A stretch of DNA of 64,000 nucleotides from a virus (IMGVR_UViG_3300010397_000043:1-64000), one strand, 5' to 3'. Counted from the stretch's first letter, positions 28,616-37,739 are shown. The notes: generated from the sequence alone by a model not told the origin. Made by a program: numbers and translations.

Positions 28616-28652
28616 ATTACCACTGGTAATTTGTAACTAGGGTTTACCCTAA
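28616..28652. promoter_or_regulatory. Composite operator-like site
   Basis: ATTACC-ACT-GGTAAT, TTGTAAC, TAGGGT-TT-ACCCTA. Confidence 0.65.
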
Positions 28653-29008
28653 TCTCGCCCAGGCATGTCGGGCAAGGGCACGGTCTGCCCTGCGAGGCCA
28701 TGGGTGCAGTCGCCAAGGAACACGATGTTCCCGTCGATGATGTACGAGTGGCAGATACGCCGCACCTTCTGCTGAGGCCACGGGTTCTGTTCAAACTCTT
28801 TGTAGTTCTCGTAGGTAACTGGCGGCTCGTAGTTGTAGCTGTCCAGCAACAGGCTGGGCGTGAACGTTGGCTTTTCTTCGTTGCCGTTGAACGCCCAGGC
28901 TAGACGACCCTTTGTCCACACTGCATGGATTTCGCGGCACCCCGGGCACCAGAACGTATACCCGTCGTTGGAGTCGTCCGGGCTGGCGAAGCGTTTCATG
29001 ATCGGCAT
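28649..29008 (-). CDS. Zn-binding DUF6527-like protein
   Basis: FWCPGC..H, WxFNG..EKPTFTPS, CHSYIIDG, DCTH motifs. Confidence 0.7.
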   Translation of the reverse strand: MPIMKRFASPDDSNDGYTFWCPGCREIHAVWTKGRLAWAFNGNEEKPTFTPSLLLDSYNYEPPVTYENYKEFEQNPWPQQKVRRICHSYIIDGNIVFLGDCTHGLAGQTVPLPDMPGRD

Positions 29009-29016
29009 AGGTCCTC

Positions 29017-30621
29017 CTACAAAAAGAACAGGCTCGATTCGGTGACCGGGGGCTTGCCCTCCTCCGGCTTCTCGTAGAAACCGCCCGTAGCCATCACAGC
29101 AGCGACCATGGGGTCGATACGGGCGCTCGACTTCGCCTTCTCGAGCTTGCGGTTCTTGGCTGGGTCGAGCGCGACGACCGCGTTAGCCGCCGCCATGTTG
29201 AGCAGAGGGTTGTCGCCGTGGGCGAGCTTTTCCTCCAGTAGCAGTGTCTCGAAAAACTCGACGCGCGGCGACATGTCACGAAAGCCCTGGCCCACCGAGT
29301 ACCACTGGTCTTCGGGCAGGTCCTGCAGAAAGCCCTCGGCCGCAGCATCCATCTTGAATTGGCTGATGCGCCACCGGTCGAAGTGCAGGCCGGCAATGCG
29401 CATGCCAGTCAACTGCATCTTGAGGTACTGGCAGACCATGGCGTAGCTGATGATGCGCCCAGGCAGCGCGATCAGGTGGCCTTGCTTCACCCAGGTCTCG
29501 TACGGAACCCGGTCTTGCTTGGCCCGCTCACGCAGGCCCACGATGGGCGTGAATGCAAAGCACTTGAGGTGCATGACGCCAGTGTCGGGGTGCCGGGCCG
29601 CAAGCACCGCCGCAGTCAAGTCCCGGTTCTGCGACAGGTCGAGTCCGATATGCACGTCCACGCCGCTTGTGAACAGGTCCTCGTCCACCTCGCCGGCTGC
29701 GGTCTTCCAGACGCTGGGGGCCACGAACAGGGTCAACAGCGAAATGCGCTGGTTCAGGTACAGGTTGCGGAACGTCGGCTCGAAGGAGCTGATGCGCCTA
29801 GCCCGCTCGGCGGCTTCCTTGAACTCCTTCTCACTGCGGAACTTGCCCAGTGCGAAGTTCACGGTCTGCCACACCACCGGGTCGAAGATGTCGGAATCTT
29901 TCGCCGCTGCGTACAGCCGAAGAACCGTTTCCGGCGTCGGGTTCATCATCGCGTCGTCGATCAGCACACTCAGCAGGTCTGTATCACTTGCGGCCTGCGT
30001 GCTGATGATCAGCGATAGGGGTTCGTGCTGCGCGCCACCGGCGGTTTCCAGGGCGTCGTACAGTCCATCCACCGGGCCAATCACCTGCCCCAGTTCGTCG
30101 TGGATGGTCAAGGCCGGGGACAAGCCGTGAGCCGTGGTCGCATCCGCGCTCAGCGCCCGGTAGACCGTTCCCATCGCAAGGCCCTTGATGGTCTTGTACG
30201 AATCGGTGATCTGTACCAGATTGCCCAGGTCGTTGCGCAGCCGAAGTGACTTGGCGAGGTAGTTGAAAATCAGCGCCGCTTGGTCCCGACTGCGAGCCGC
30301 AGAGTACAACTGAGCGTTGGCCCTGGCTTCGGGTCCGATCAGGTGCCCCGCCAGAAGGGCCGCAATCAGGCCCGTTTTCCCATTCTTACGGGCAATCGAC
30401 AGGATGCCCCGCCGAGTAATCAGGGCCCCGAGCGGGTCCACGTTGTCATATACAGCCTCAACGAAGTCGGTCTGCTCCGGTAGCAGCACCATCGGTTGCC
30501 CGACCAGCATGCCGTCTGGCACGAGGATGTACTTCTCGATGAACCGCTGCATGCGCGAGGCACGCAGGGAACTGACCAGCGGCTTCTGCGCCGGTAGAGC
30601 AGCTTTGCGGCGAGGCATCAC
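29017..30621 (-). CDS. terL: Terminase large subunit
   Basis: Walker A ARKNGKT, Walker B IHDELG, IISTQ, GLDLS...DLTA, RIDPMVA. Confidence 0.96.
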   Translation of the reverse strand: MMPRRKAALPAQKPLVSSLRASRMQRFIEKYILVPDGMLVGQPMVLLPEQTDFVEAVYDNVDPLGALITRRGILSIARKNGKTGLIAALLAGHLIGPEARANAQLYSAARSRDQAALIFNYLAKSLRLRNDLGNLVQITDSYKTIKGLAMGTVYRALSADATTAHGLSPALTIHDELGQVIGPVDGLYDALETAGGAQHEPLSLIISTQAASDTDLLSVLIDDAMMNPTPETVLRLYAAAKDSDIFDPVVWQTVNFALGKFRSEKEFKEAAERARRISSFEPTFRNLYLNQRISLLTLFVAPSVWKTAAGEVDEDLFTSGVDVHIGLDLSQNRDLTAAVLAARHPDTGVMHLKCFAFTPIVGLRERAKQDRVPYETWVKQGHLIALPGRIISYAMVCQYLKMQLTGMRIAGLHFDRWRISQFKMDAAAEGFLQDLPEDQWYSVGQGFRDMSPRVEFFETLLLEEKLAHGDNPLLNMAAANAVVALDPAKNRKLEKAKSSARIDPMVAAVMATGGFYEKPEEGKPPVTESSLFFL

Positions 30622-31160
30622 TGCACCATGCGGGGCGGCAAGCCAGACGCACCGGCCAGCAGGCTATCGTCACCGTCGTCGCCGTCTTCGTTGATCTGTT
30701 TGGCGGCGCTCGTGGCGTTTTTCTTCTTTTGCTGCTGAGCCTTGTCGTTGTCAATGTCAAACCGGGAGGTCGGCTGCGCACGCAGCTTCGTGGACAGCGA
30801 CATCAGCCGGGTCTCGGCGATGCTGCGCACCACGATCTTGGGGTTCACGACCATGTCCCCCTTGGCGTTCTCGATGAGGTCGCCTTCTTCCTGAATCTGC
30901 TTGTCCAGCCGGTCGATATCTGCCGCCGCTCGGCAGTACAACTTCAAAAGCGGGTGGTCGCCCTTGTTGAAGTAGTCGTGCGGCTTGGAATTTACAAGCT
31001 CACACCAGTACTTCTTATGTGCTTCGGGCAGGCCCGGCGGGAACGGGTAGACAGGCACGTCGGGATTGGCCTCGATCTCAAGCGCGGCCTTCAATTCTGT
31101 GCCTTTACGATCCCCATAGGTCCCAGCCTTCTTGGCGGGCGTTTTCTTGGCGGCGGGCAT
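30618..31160 (-). CDS. terS: Terminase small subunit (P27-like)
   Basis: LKLYC, VVNP, L..KL...PTSR; overlaps the terL start. Confidence 0.85.
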   Translation of the reverse strand: MPAAKKTPAKKAGTYGDRKGTELKAALEIEANPDVPVYPFPPGLPEAHKKYWCELVNSKPHDYFNKGDHPLLKLYCRAAADIDRLDKQIQEEGDLIENAKGDMVVNPKIVVRSIAETRLMSLSTKLRAQPTSRFDIDNDKAQQQKKKNATSAAKQINEDGDDGDDSLLAGASGLPPRMVQ

Positions 31161-31161
31161 G

Positions 31162-31467
31162 TTAAGAGCCTTTCTCGATATGGATGGGATAGCCGTCTTC
31201 GCCAGTAATGACCCAGCGTTCGACAGGAGCAGCTTGGCGCGAGTCTAGCTTGCCAGTCTTCTGCGAGTGGTGCCTCTTGCACAGGCCGCGAAAGTTGCGC
31301 GGGTCGAGCGGGGCACCACCCTTGTTGATGGCGATTATGTGGTCCACCTCTGCCGCACGTGTCTGCAGTCGCAGCAGTGTGCAGACCTGGCACCAGGGGT
31401 TTAGGCGCAGGTACTTCCCCCGGGCGTCGCGCCACTGTCGGGAGGTGTAGAACGAATCGTGCGGCAT
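31162..31467 (-). CDS. HNH endonuclease (terminase-associated)
   Basis: FYTSRQWR, CQVC, VDHI, NFRGLCKRHHSQKT. Confidence 0.92.
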   Translation of the reverse strand: MPHDSFYTSRQWRDARGKYLRLNPWCQVCTLLRLQTRAAEVDHIIAINKGGAPLDPRNFRGLCKRHHSQKTGKLDSRQAAPVERWVITGEDGYPIHIEKGS

Positions 31468-31689
31468 AGGTGGGCCCGGTGTATAGCACAGGTCAGTCTC
31501 AGGTCACAAGAATTGCTGGTATGTTCACGCGCTGATCGCGATCAGGCGCGCGAGGATCAGCTATACGTCGAAAAACAGGATTGCACATTCAACTAGGGGT
31601 ATGGAATTAGAGTAGAAGTGGAATAAGAGACTCTTACGTAGAAAAACAGCATTCGTTTAAAAACGTGGCCGGCGGCGGCAATTTCGGTT

Positions 31690-31763
31690 TTGTTAAATTT
31701 TCTTTTTTACCCGCCCCCCCGCTCTTTTCTGCAAAATATTCCGCACTCTTTTCTGCACTCTTT
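31690..31763 (-). repeat. Left AT-rich short-repeat array (TGCAGAAAAGAG on minus strand)
   Basis: CTCTTTTCTGCA occurs twice plus partial copies; borders the DGA-free island. Confidence 0.7.
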
Positions 31764-32396
31764 ACAGCGAATCGAGTGCGAGTGCATCGCGTGCGATAGG
31801 TCGGGTGCGTGCCCCTCGTGTGCGAGTGTGTCGTGTGCGATAGGTGCGGCACTGCACCACACACCAGGGCGGGGGCACCAGGGCGAAGGGCGGGCCCGAG
31901 TGCTCGGCTCGTAAGCACGAAACAGCGCAGCATTACAAGCCCTGTAACCTAGGGGTACAGTGTGGCACGGTATATGCAAAGGCAAGTACCGGTCCACGTT
32001 AGTACACACTTCGTAAACGGGGCAGTGCCGGCGGGCACCCTTGCGAAACGGGCGCAGGCAACGCGAACGGGCATGCGCCAAGGGTGTATGCACACATGCG
32101 CCGATGCGCGCCAGGGCGGGCCCGCTAGGGGCCTTTGCGGGCATGGCCGAAAATGGCTAATCGTTGTGCGGCACAGCATGTGTAACCGATCCCCCTTAAA
32201 TGCGGGGGGTGGTGCAACACAGGGTTTGTAATGCCCTGCCCTGTCGCCTAGGGTATGCGTGGGGGCGCCCATTGGGCCCCCTGGGCAGGGGCCCTAAGCC
32301 CCACCCCCTCGCAGCTTTAACAACCTAGTGCCACGCAACCATAGGGGGTTCGCATGGGCCCGCCATTCGCGCACCTAGCACGAAGGCAGGCACACC

Positions 32397-32849
32397 ATGG
32401 CAACCACCAAGCAAACCACGAAGCAAACGAACCAAGCGCGCGCCGCACTGGCGCAGCGCGCATCGAAGGCGAAGGCGAAGGCTGCGAAGCCTGCGCCCGT
32501 CGAAGTCGAGGCCGACGAAAGCGAAGTCGAGGCCGACGAAGGCAACGAAGGCGGGTCGCAATGGGCCCGCGAACGCGAGCGCATCGCCGATGGCAAGGGC
32601 AGTGGGCAGCGGTTTACCGCACTCGCCGCCGCGATGCTCGAAGCGCAGCAAGCCGGCAAGTCGCATGCGACCTTTGCCGACATTGCGCAACGCACGGCAG
32701 CGCACACGCGCAACGGCAAGGCCCTTACCCGCACCAGCGTTGCAAGCTGGCGCACATTGCTGCAGCGCGCGAAGCAAACGCCCCTTGGGCCCGACCTTGC
32801 GAATGTGCGTATCGACGAAACCGGCTTTTCGTTCGCGAAGGCCGAGTAA
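32397..32849 (+). CDS. Hypothetical early protein (basic N-terminus, acidic linker)
   Basis: 150 aa; AAGG..CACACCATG start context; duplicated EVEADE. Confidence 0.75.
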   Translation: MATTKQTTKQTNQARAALAQRASKAKAKAAKPAPVEVEADESEVEADEGNEGGSQWARERERIADGKGSGQRFTALAAAMLEAQQAGKSHATFADIAQRTAAHTRNGKALTRTSVASWRTLLQRAKQTPLGPDLANVRIDETGFSFAKAE

Positions 32850-33016
32850 GCAAACCCCGCTGCGAAGGCCCCTAACGGGCCCGTAGCGGGCCCCGTAGTA
32901 CCCGAGCAGTACCCCAGGGCCCCACAGGGCCCGCAACGCCCCAAAACCCGCGCGAATCGATGCGGGCCCATGCGAACCCCTAGTGCGTGGCACACACCCC
33001 ATACGAAAGGCAAACC

Positions 33017-33157
33017 ATGCGCAACCTACGAACCCTCGCAACCGCGCTCGCACTTGTGCTCGCCGCACTCGCGCCCGCGCTACTCGGCGCAATGCTCGCA
33101 CCCGACACAACGGGCGCACACGCATTCGCGCTACTGCTACTGCAACCCCCGCACTAG
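33017..33157 (+). CDS. Small hydrophobic protein (46 aa)
   Basis: MRNLRTLATALALVLAALAPALLG...; CGAAAGGCAAACCATG start context shared with neighbours. Confidence 0.55.
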   Translation: MRNLRTLATALALVLAALAPALLGAMLAPDTTGAHAFALLLLQPPH

Positions 33158-33168
33158 CGAGGCACACC

Positions 33169-33297
33169 ATGGGCACCCACCTTGCAAACTTCGTTGCGTG
33201 GCAGTGCTATCGGGCCTTTACCTTCGCCCGAATCGAGCACGCTGCGTACTGCCCCATTAACCCGCTGCAGCGGCTCGCGCGCTGGCAGCGCCACTAA
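33169..33297 (+). CDS. Small hypothetical protein (42 aa)
   Basis: CGAGGCACACCATG start context. Confidence 0.5.
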   Translation: MGTHLANFVAWQCYRAFTFARIEHAAYCPINPLQRLARWQRH

Positions 33298-33359
33298 GCC
33301 CCCAAGGCCCGCGCAACGCGGGCCGCTACGGGCCCACCAGGGCCCACGAAAGGCACACC

Positions 33360-33683
33360 ATGCGCACCCCGTACACACCCTGTGCAGCCGACCCCATGCC
33401 CTGCCGACTCGGCGCGCTGCGCACCCCGCCAGCGCGGCCCACTGCCAAGCAAGTCGAAGCGCACGCGAATTTGCAATTCGAGTTAGCCGACTGGCAATAC
33501 ACCCCGTATACGCTGGCACGCTTCGACAGCTTCGACTGGCGCGGCGAACTCGAAAGCGAAATCGGCGCCGACGACTGGCCCGCACCCGAAGCGCCACACC
33601 AGGGCCGCACACCCCCGCGCTTCGACAACGCCGACGAAAGCTTCGCGACATGGGCTGGCATCGATGCCAGCCACGACGAGTAA
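33360..33683 (+). CDS. Hypothetical early protein with acidic C-terminal half
   Basis: 107 aa; CGAAAGGCACACCATG start; followed by a terminator. Confidence 0.65.
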   Translation: MRTPYTPCAADPMPCRLGALRTPPARPTAKQVEAHANLQFELADWQYTPYTLARFDSFDWRGELESEIGADDWPAPEAPHQGRTPPRFDNADESFATWAGIDASHDE

Positions 33684-33702
33684 AGCCCCCACGCACCCCC
33701 TT

Positions 33703-33741
33703 ACGCCCCGACAGGCATACCCTGTCGGGGCGTTTTGCTTT
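33703..33741 (+). terminator. Intrinsic terminator ending the island operon
   Basis: 13-bp stem ACGCCCCGACAGG/CCTGTCGGGGCGT followed by TTTGCTTT. Confidence 0.8.
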
Positions 33742-33761
33742 GTGCTGCAAGTTTTGCCGGT

Positions 33762-33965
33762 AGAGTTTCGTGCAGAAATCGGTGCAGTAAAGAATTCTTT
33801 GCAGAAAATCTTGCAGAAATTGTAGATTTTGCAGAAAATCTTGCAGAAATTTTTTCTGCAAAGAATTCTTGAAAAAATCTCTGTAAAAATTTCTTGCATG
33901 AGTTCTGCTGGGTACCGGGAATTCTGCAATCCTCTTAAGAGATTTTCAGAAACTTTTCGTCAGAG
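33762..33965 (+). repeat. Right AT-rich short-repeat array (TGCAGAAA[A]T), A-tracts about one helical turn apart
   Basis: TTTGCAGAAAATCTTGCAGAAATT twice, plus further TGCAGAAA/TTCTGCA copies. Confidence 0.85.
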
Positions 33966-34266
33966 ATCCCGGCAGACCCTATAGGGCCGACTTTGCGAAA
34001 CTCTATTTCGCTAAAGGCCAAACCCTGCAGAAATGGCGCTCGCCCTGGGCGCTTCGCAGGGCCCGATTTGTAACAATCGACCGATTTAAACGCCCTAGGC
34101 GCGATTTAAACGGGGTGGGGTGCCACTACCCCCTTAGCCATGCCCGAAAAACGCCCATGGGGCCCGATTTAGGGCCTTGGCGCGGCATCGGCCTATGTGC
34201 CCGACCCCCTACCCCGCAAATAGGGCCCAAAACGGCCCTAGGCATGAGGGTTCGCCCGCAGGCATG

Positions 34267-34300
34267 AAAAAACCCCTGGTGGCCGAGGCCAGCCAGGGGC
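34267..34300 (-). terminator. Terminator of the leftward early operon
   Basis: CCCCTGG...CCAGGGG stem followed by TTTTTT on the minus strand. Confidence 0.75.
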
Positions 34301-34356
34301 AAACTCACACGAAAGGTGCCGACACTCCTGCAGCGGTCGGCGGGCTGCAAACTTCC

Positions 34357-34935
34357 CTATCGGCTGTGTAGAGCCCTATCGCCATTCTGGGGCCCTATCG
34401 GCTTCCCATTCTCTTTTCGAGGGCCCCATTCCTCGACAAGGTCCCCGCCAAGCACGTAGGGCTTGAGGCCAGACTGCCAAGGCCATGCGACGTAGCTGAA
34501 ACTGCGTTTGGTGTTGAGCACCCAACCATGCACCCGCCAGATGGGACAGGTGACGCAGCGCACGGCACCGCGTGCCACATGAAAGCCACCGAGTGTGAAG
34601 TAGCTGAAATTTCGCAGCACCTTAAACTCCGCCTCGCCGAACTTCAGCGGCTTGCGATTCACCCACAGCCACGCGACACCTTCGTACTCCCATTCGCGGT
34701 CGATGAGTATGCGGCCCTGTTCGCACAGAACGTTGAACTTGTCGAGCGCCTCGCCATGCTCTTGCTCAAGGCGGTGGTGGTACTCGACGTCCTTGTTCAG
34801 GCGGGCCACCACACGCTGCATCGCCCGCAACTCAGGCTTGGTGATGTAGACGAAGTAGTGGGCCGAGCCTTTGTCTGTATTCAAGCAGCGGTCGAACATT
34901 TCACGCAGCGGCTTCCCGATCTCGAGCTTGCTCAT
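34357..34935 (-). CDS. Hypothetical protein
   Basis: 192 aa, AAGGAG RBS. Confidence 0.7.
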   Translation of the reverse strand: MSKLEIGKPLREMFDRCLNTDKGSAHYFVYITKPELRAMQRVVARLNKDVEYHHRLEQEHGEALDKFNVLCEQGRILIDREWEYEGVAWLWVNRKPLKFGEAEFKVLRNFSYFTLGGFHVARGAVRCVTCPIWRVHGWVLNTKRSFSYVAWPWQSGLKPYVLGGDLVEEWGPRKENGKPIGPQNGDRALHSR

Positions 34936-34947
34936 GGTGGTTGCTCC

Positions 34948-35148
34948 TTACTTGCCGTAGGACACACGAAGCCACACATCCCCGTGGATTTCGGGGTCGG
35001 CCTTAAAGACGACGGTGCTGAAACCTGCGCGCTTGAGGTCACCCGGCATATTGCGGTCACCCCAACGCCGGGCCTGCGCTACCGTCATGCGCACAGGCAG
35101 GCAACCCGCCACGCCGACACGCACCTCATATTGCGGTTCTTGTTTCAT
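34948..35148 (-). CDS. Hypothetical protein (66 aa)
   Basis: AGGAG RBS; MKQEPQYEVRVG... Confidence 0.65.
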   Translation of the reverse strand: MKQEPQYEVRVGVAGCLPVRMTVAQARRWGDRNMPGDLKRAGFSTVVFKADPEIHGDVWLRVSYGK

Positions 35149-35159
35149 GGCGGTTGCTC

Positions 35160-35573
35160 CTACTTGCGAAGTTGGCGCACATTCAGCGCCAGTTGCACAC
35201 GCACGTCCTGCGCAGCGCGCAGACAACTCGGGCAGGTTCGCTCCTCGGGGAAAAGCAGGCCGAGCACCTTGCGATTCCACGTAATGCGCTTGCAGCTTGG
35301 GCAGGCCAAGACAACATCGGGCAGGTTGAGCATGGCGAGCACGGGCCGGTCGAGGTCTGCCTCACTGCACTGCGGCAATTCCTTGCCCAGGTTGCACACC
35401 ATGCCGCCCGCAGGCATGTTGAGGTCCGTATCGAGCAGCACCTTCACGAAATCGTGCCGGTAGAACTTCGGGTGCCACTGAATGTGGACTTTGGCCCCGG
35501 CGACTTCATATGCCGCACGCAGCCAGAAGTCCCCGCCCGGCTGGTCGCGCTCGAACAGTTCGAGTGCATTCAT
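35160..35573 (-). CDS. Hypothetical protein with C-terminal CxxC-CxxC zinc ribbon
   Basis: GAGGAG RBS; CPSC...CPSC. Confidence 0.65.
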   Translation of the reverse strand: MNALELFERDQPGGDFWLRAAYEVAGAKVHIQWHPKFYRHDFVKVLLDTDLNMPAGGMVCNLGKELPQCSEADLDRPVLAMLNLPDVVLACPSCKRITWNRKVLGLLFPEERTCPSCLRAAQDVRVQLALNVRQLRK

Positions 35574-35577
35574 GGCG

Positions 35578-36444
35578 TTACTCCTCGCCGGTAACGATAA
35601 CGCGCATCTCGTAGCTGACTTGCGAAAGCGCAGCCGCGAGTTCACGGGTTTGGTAGCTCTCCATGCCGTTCGACATGAACCCGCCGTCAATGAACACTTC
35701 GTACTCCTCGTACATCGTCTCGATGCGCTGCCCCGTAATGCTCTTTCGCACGTCGAGCACTGAATGCTTGGCGACGCAAACCACGCACTCCTGCAAGTCT
35801 GGGTTCATGACAACCGCACGAACGATGACTTCCCGCTTTGGCAGCGCAGCGCCGAACTTCACATCGCAGCGGGCCTTCACCTCGTCGGCGATGCCCTGCG
35901 CTATGCCGTCGTCGAAAGCGGCCCAACACTCATCGGCGTCGTCGCGGCTGTTGAACTCGTGTGCCGTGAACTCGAATGGCGTGAAGCTGCGGTCGCACTC
36001 TTCGCTGGCATTCGCGCTGTCAATTACGAATTCTTCGACGGCTTCCCTGTCACGCAGATCGTAGGCACTCCCATCGGCGTAGCTGGTGACACATTCGCCG
36101 ATGACGGGGATGTCCTGCCCCGACGCCATGTTGCGACCGCGCGTGTACCCGCGCAGCCGGCACTCTTCGTAGTAGGCCTGCTGTTCAGCAGTGGGCCCAC
36201 ACGGCACCGTCCCCCACCCCCCGCTCTCGTCGCTGTTCTCGTACGTCCCGTCGTCTGCCAACTCGTCTTCGAAGCGCACGGTCACCTTGTCGTCGAAAAT
36301 CAGGCCGAACGTCTCAGCGAGTTGCTTGCGAATGCTTTCAAGGTGGTCGCGGTCTTGGTACTCGAATTCCTCGAAATCAACCGTCGCGCTCAGGGCGTTA
36401 ATGCCAGTCGTGGGGTCGCCCCGGCCATTGATGTAAACCTTCAT
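35578..36444 (-). CDS. Acidic hypothetical protein
   Basis: 288 aa; AACCACACGAAGGAG start motif. Confidence 0.7.
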   Translation of the reverse strand: MKVYINGRGDPTTGINALSATVDFEEFEYQDRDHLESIRKQLAETFGLIFDDKVTVRFEDELADDGTYENSDESGGWGTVPCGPTAEQQAYYEECRLRGYTRGRNMASGQDIPVIGECVTSYADGSAYDLRDREAVEEFVIDSANASEECDRSFTPFEFTAHEFNSRDDADECWAAFDDGIAQGIADEVKARCDVKFGAALPKREVIVRAVVMNPDLQECVVCVAKHSVLDVRKSITGQRIETMYEEYEVFIDGGFMSNGMESYQTRELAAALSQVSYEMRVIVTGEE

Positions 36445-36477
36445 GGTGTAACTCCTTCGTGTGGTTGTGGGTTGAGC

Positions 36478-37176
36478 TCAGCAGCTACCATCGTCGTACT
36501 GAGTCGGGTCGATCTGGCACCGCGCGAACTGCGTGGCAAAACTGTCGTGCTCTTCGGGCTTTAAGCTCTCGTGCCACTTCACGAGGTCCTCGCCGTACAC
36601 CACGACGTACAGCACGTCGCCGTACCCGGTGAGGTTGCCGTTCTCGGCGAACTTCGCAATCTCGCAGTCACCCGCGAGCGTCGGCGCATCGGTGGGTGCA
36701 TGCGCGCTTTCGCTACTCAGCAGCCCGTGCCAGTCGGCGGCGAGCTTCTGGGCCGCAGCCATCGCAGCTTCTGCCGTGTCGAAGTCTTGTTCGTAGGTAA
36801 CGCCAGTGTCGCCACTCTGCACGTGCCACTTGTCGAGCCGCAGCACTTTCGCGCTGGCCGGGTCGTAGAACCAGCCGTTCTGGCGCACCCGCCAGAATTC
36901 GTGCGCAACTTGCTCCTTCGTGAGTTCAAGCTCGGGGCTGTGCTCGAAACCCTTCTGGTCGATAAGCGCCGCGACCGCGTTGCGCAAGTCTTCGAGCGAG
37001 TCGGGTGACTTGCAGAACGGCAACAGGTCCTCGACATACCGTGGGGCCATTTCTTCGAGGTAGTACCGCAACCCCCGCATGTCATACATGAGGTTGGGCT
37101 TCACCTTGCCCGAATCGATATCCGCTTGCAGCTTCGTGCGGGCAGCGCGAATGCTCTCGATTTCGTTTGCGTTCAT
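36478..37176 (-). CDS. Hypothetical protein
   Basis: MNANEIES start after AACCACACGAAGGAG. Confidence 0.7.
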   Translation of the reverse strand: MNANEIESIRAARTKLQADIDSGKVKPNLMYDMRGLRYYLEEMAPRYVEDLLPFCKSPDSLEDLRNAVAALIDQKGFEHSPELELTKEQVAHEFWRVRQNGWFYDPASAKVLRLDKWHVQSGDTGVTYEQDFDTAEAAMAAAQKLAADWHGLLSSESAHAPTDAPTLAGDCEIAKFAENGNLTGYGDVLYVVVYGEDLVKWHESLKPEEHDSFATQFARCQIDPTQYDDGSC

Positions 37177-37226
37177 GGCAATACTCCTTCGTGTGGTTGG
37201 GGGGGCCGAAGCCCCCGAGGTTGTTC

Positions 37227-37739
37227 TTACGGCTTGGCAATCGTGCAATCGACGCGCGAACCCGGCTCGCCGGCGTAGTAGAGCACGGGCAGGTAATCGC
37301 CAATGACGAAGATCGCCGTGTGGTCGATGTAGCTGCCGGTCGTGTGCAGAAAGTAGACCGCCCGCCCAGTCTCGTCGCGGCACTGCTCGGCGATGCCACT
37401 TACCGGGTTGTCGAAGAAGCCAGACTCGCACTTGTCGCGGACAACCGTAAACTCCCACTCATTGTCGAATTCCCCTTCGTATGGGGTCTTGTACATACAT
37501 GCCTGCGGGTCGTCGTGCCGCACGTAGTACGCCACTGGGGCTTCATCGAGTTGCATGGCGAGCGCCTCGATGGTTTCGGTTCTGTAGTAGTCGAGTTCTG
37601 GCAGCAACTTCTCGGGCTCGTCGATGGCGCGTTGCTTGTCGCGCTCGAATGCCTCGACAGACTCATAGTCGGCAGCATCGAGCCCGACCATGAGGTCCTG
37701 CGCCAACTGGCTGAGCGCGAACTTCGTATGTGACTTCAT
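37227..37739 (-). CDS. Acidic hypothetical protein
   Basis: 170 aa; AACCACACGAAAGG start motif. Confidence 0.7.
   Translation of the reverse strand: MKSHTKFALSQLAQDLMVGLDAADYESVEAFERDKQRAIDEPEKLLPELDYYRTETIEALAMQLDEAPVAYYVRHDDPQACMYKTPYEGEFDNEWEFTVVRDKCESGFFDNPVSGIAEQCRDETGRAVYFLHTTGSYIDHTAIFVIGDYLPVLYYAGEPGSRVDCTIAKP

Noticed and set aside
31661-31685. GC-rich GGCCGGCGGCGGC between AT-rich flanks as a cos site
   Set aside because: Position is plausible but the sequence alone cannot establish it; needs read-end data.
33154-33929. Minus-strand ORFs with LQDF/FCKI repeats
   Set aside because: Translations of the TGCAGAAA DNA array, antisense to the island genes.
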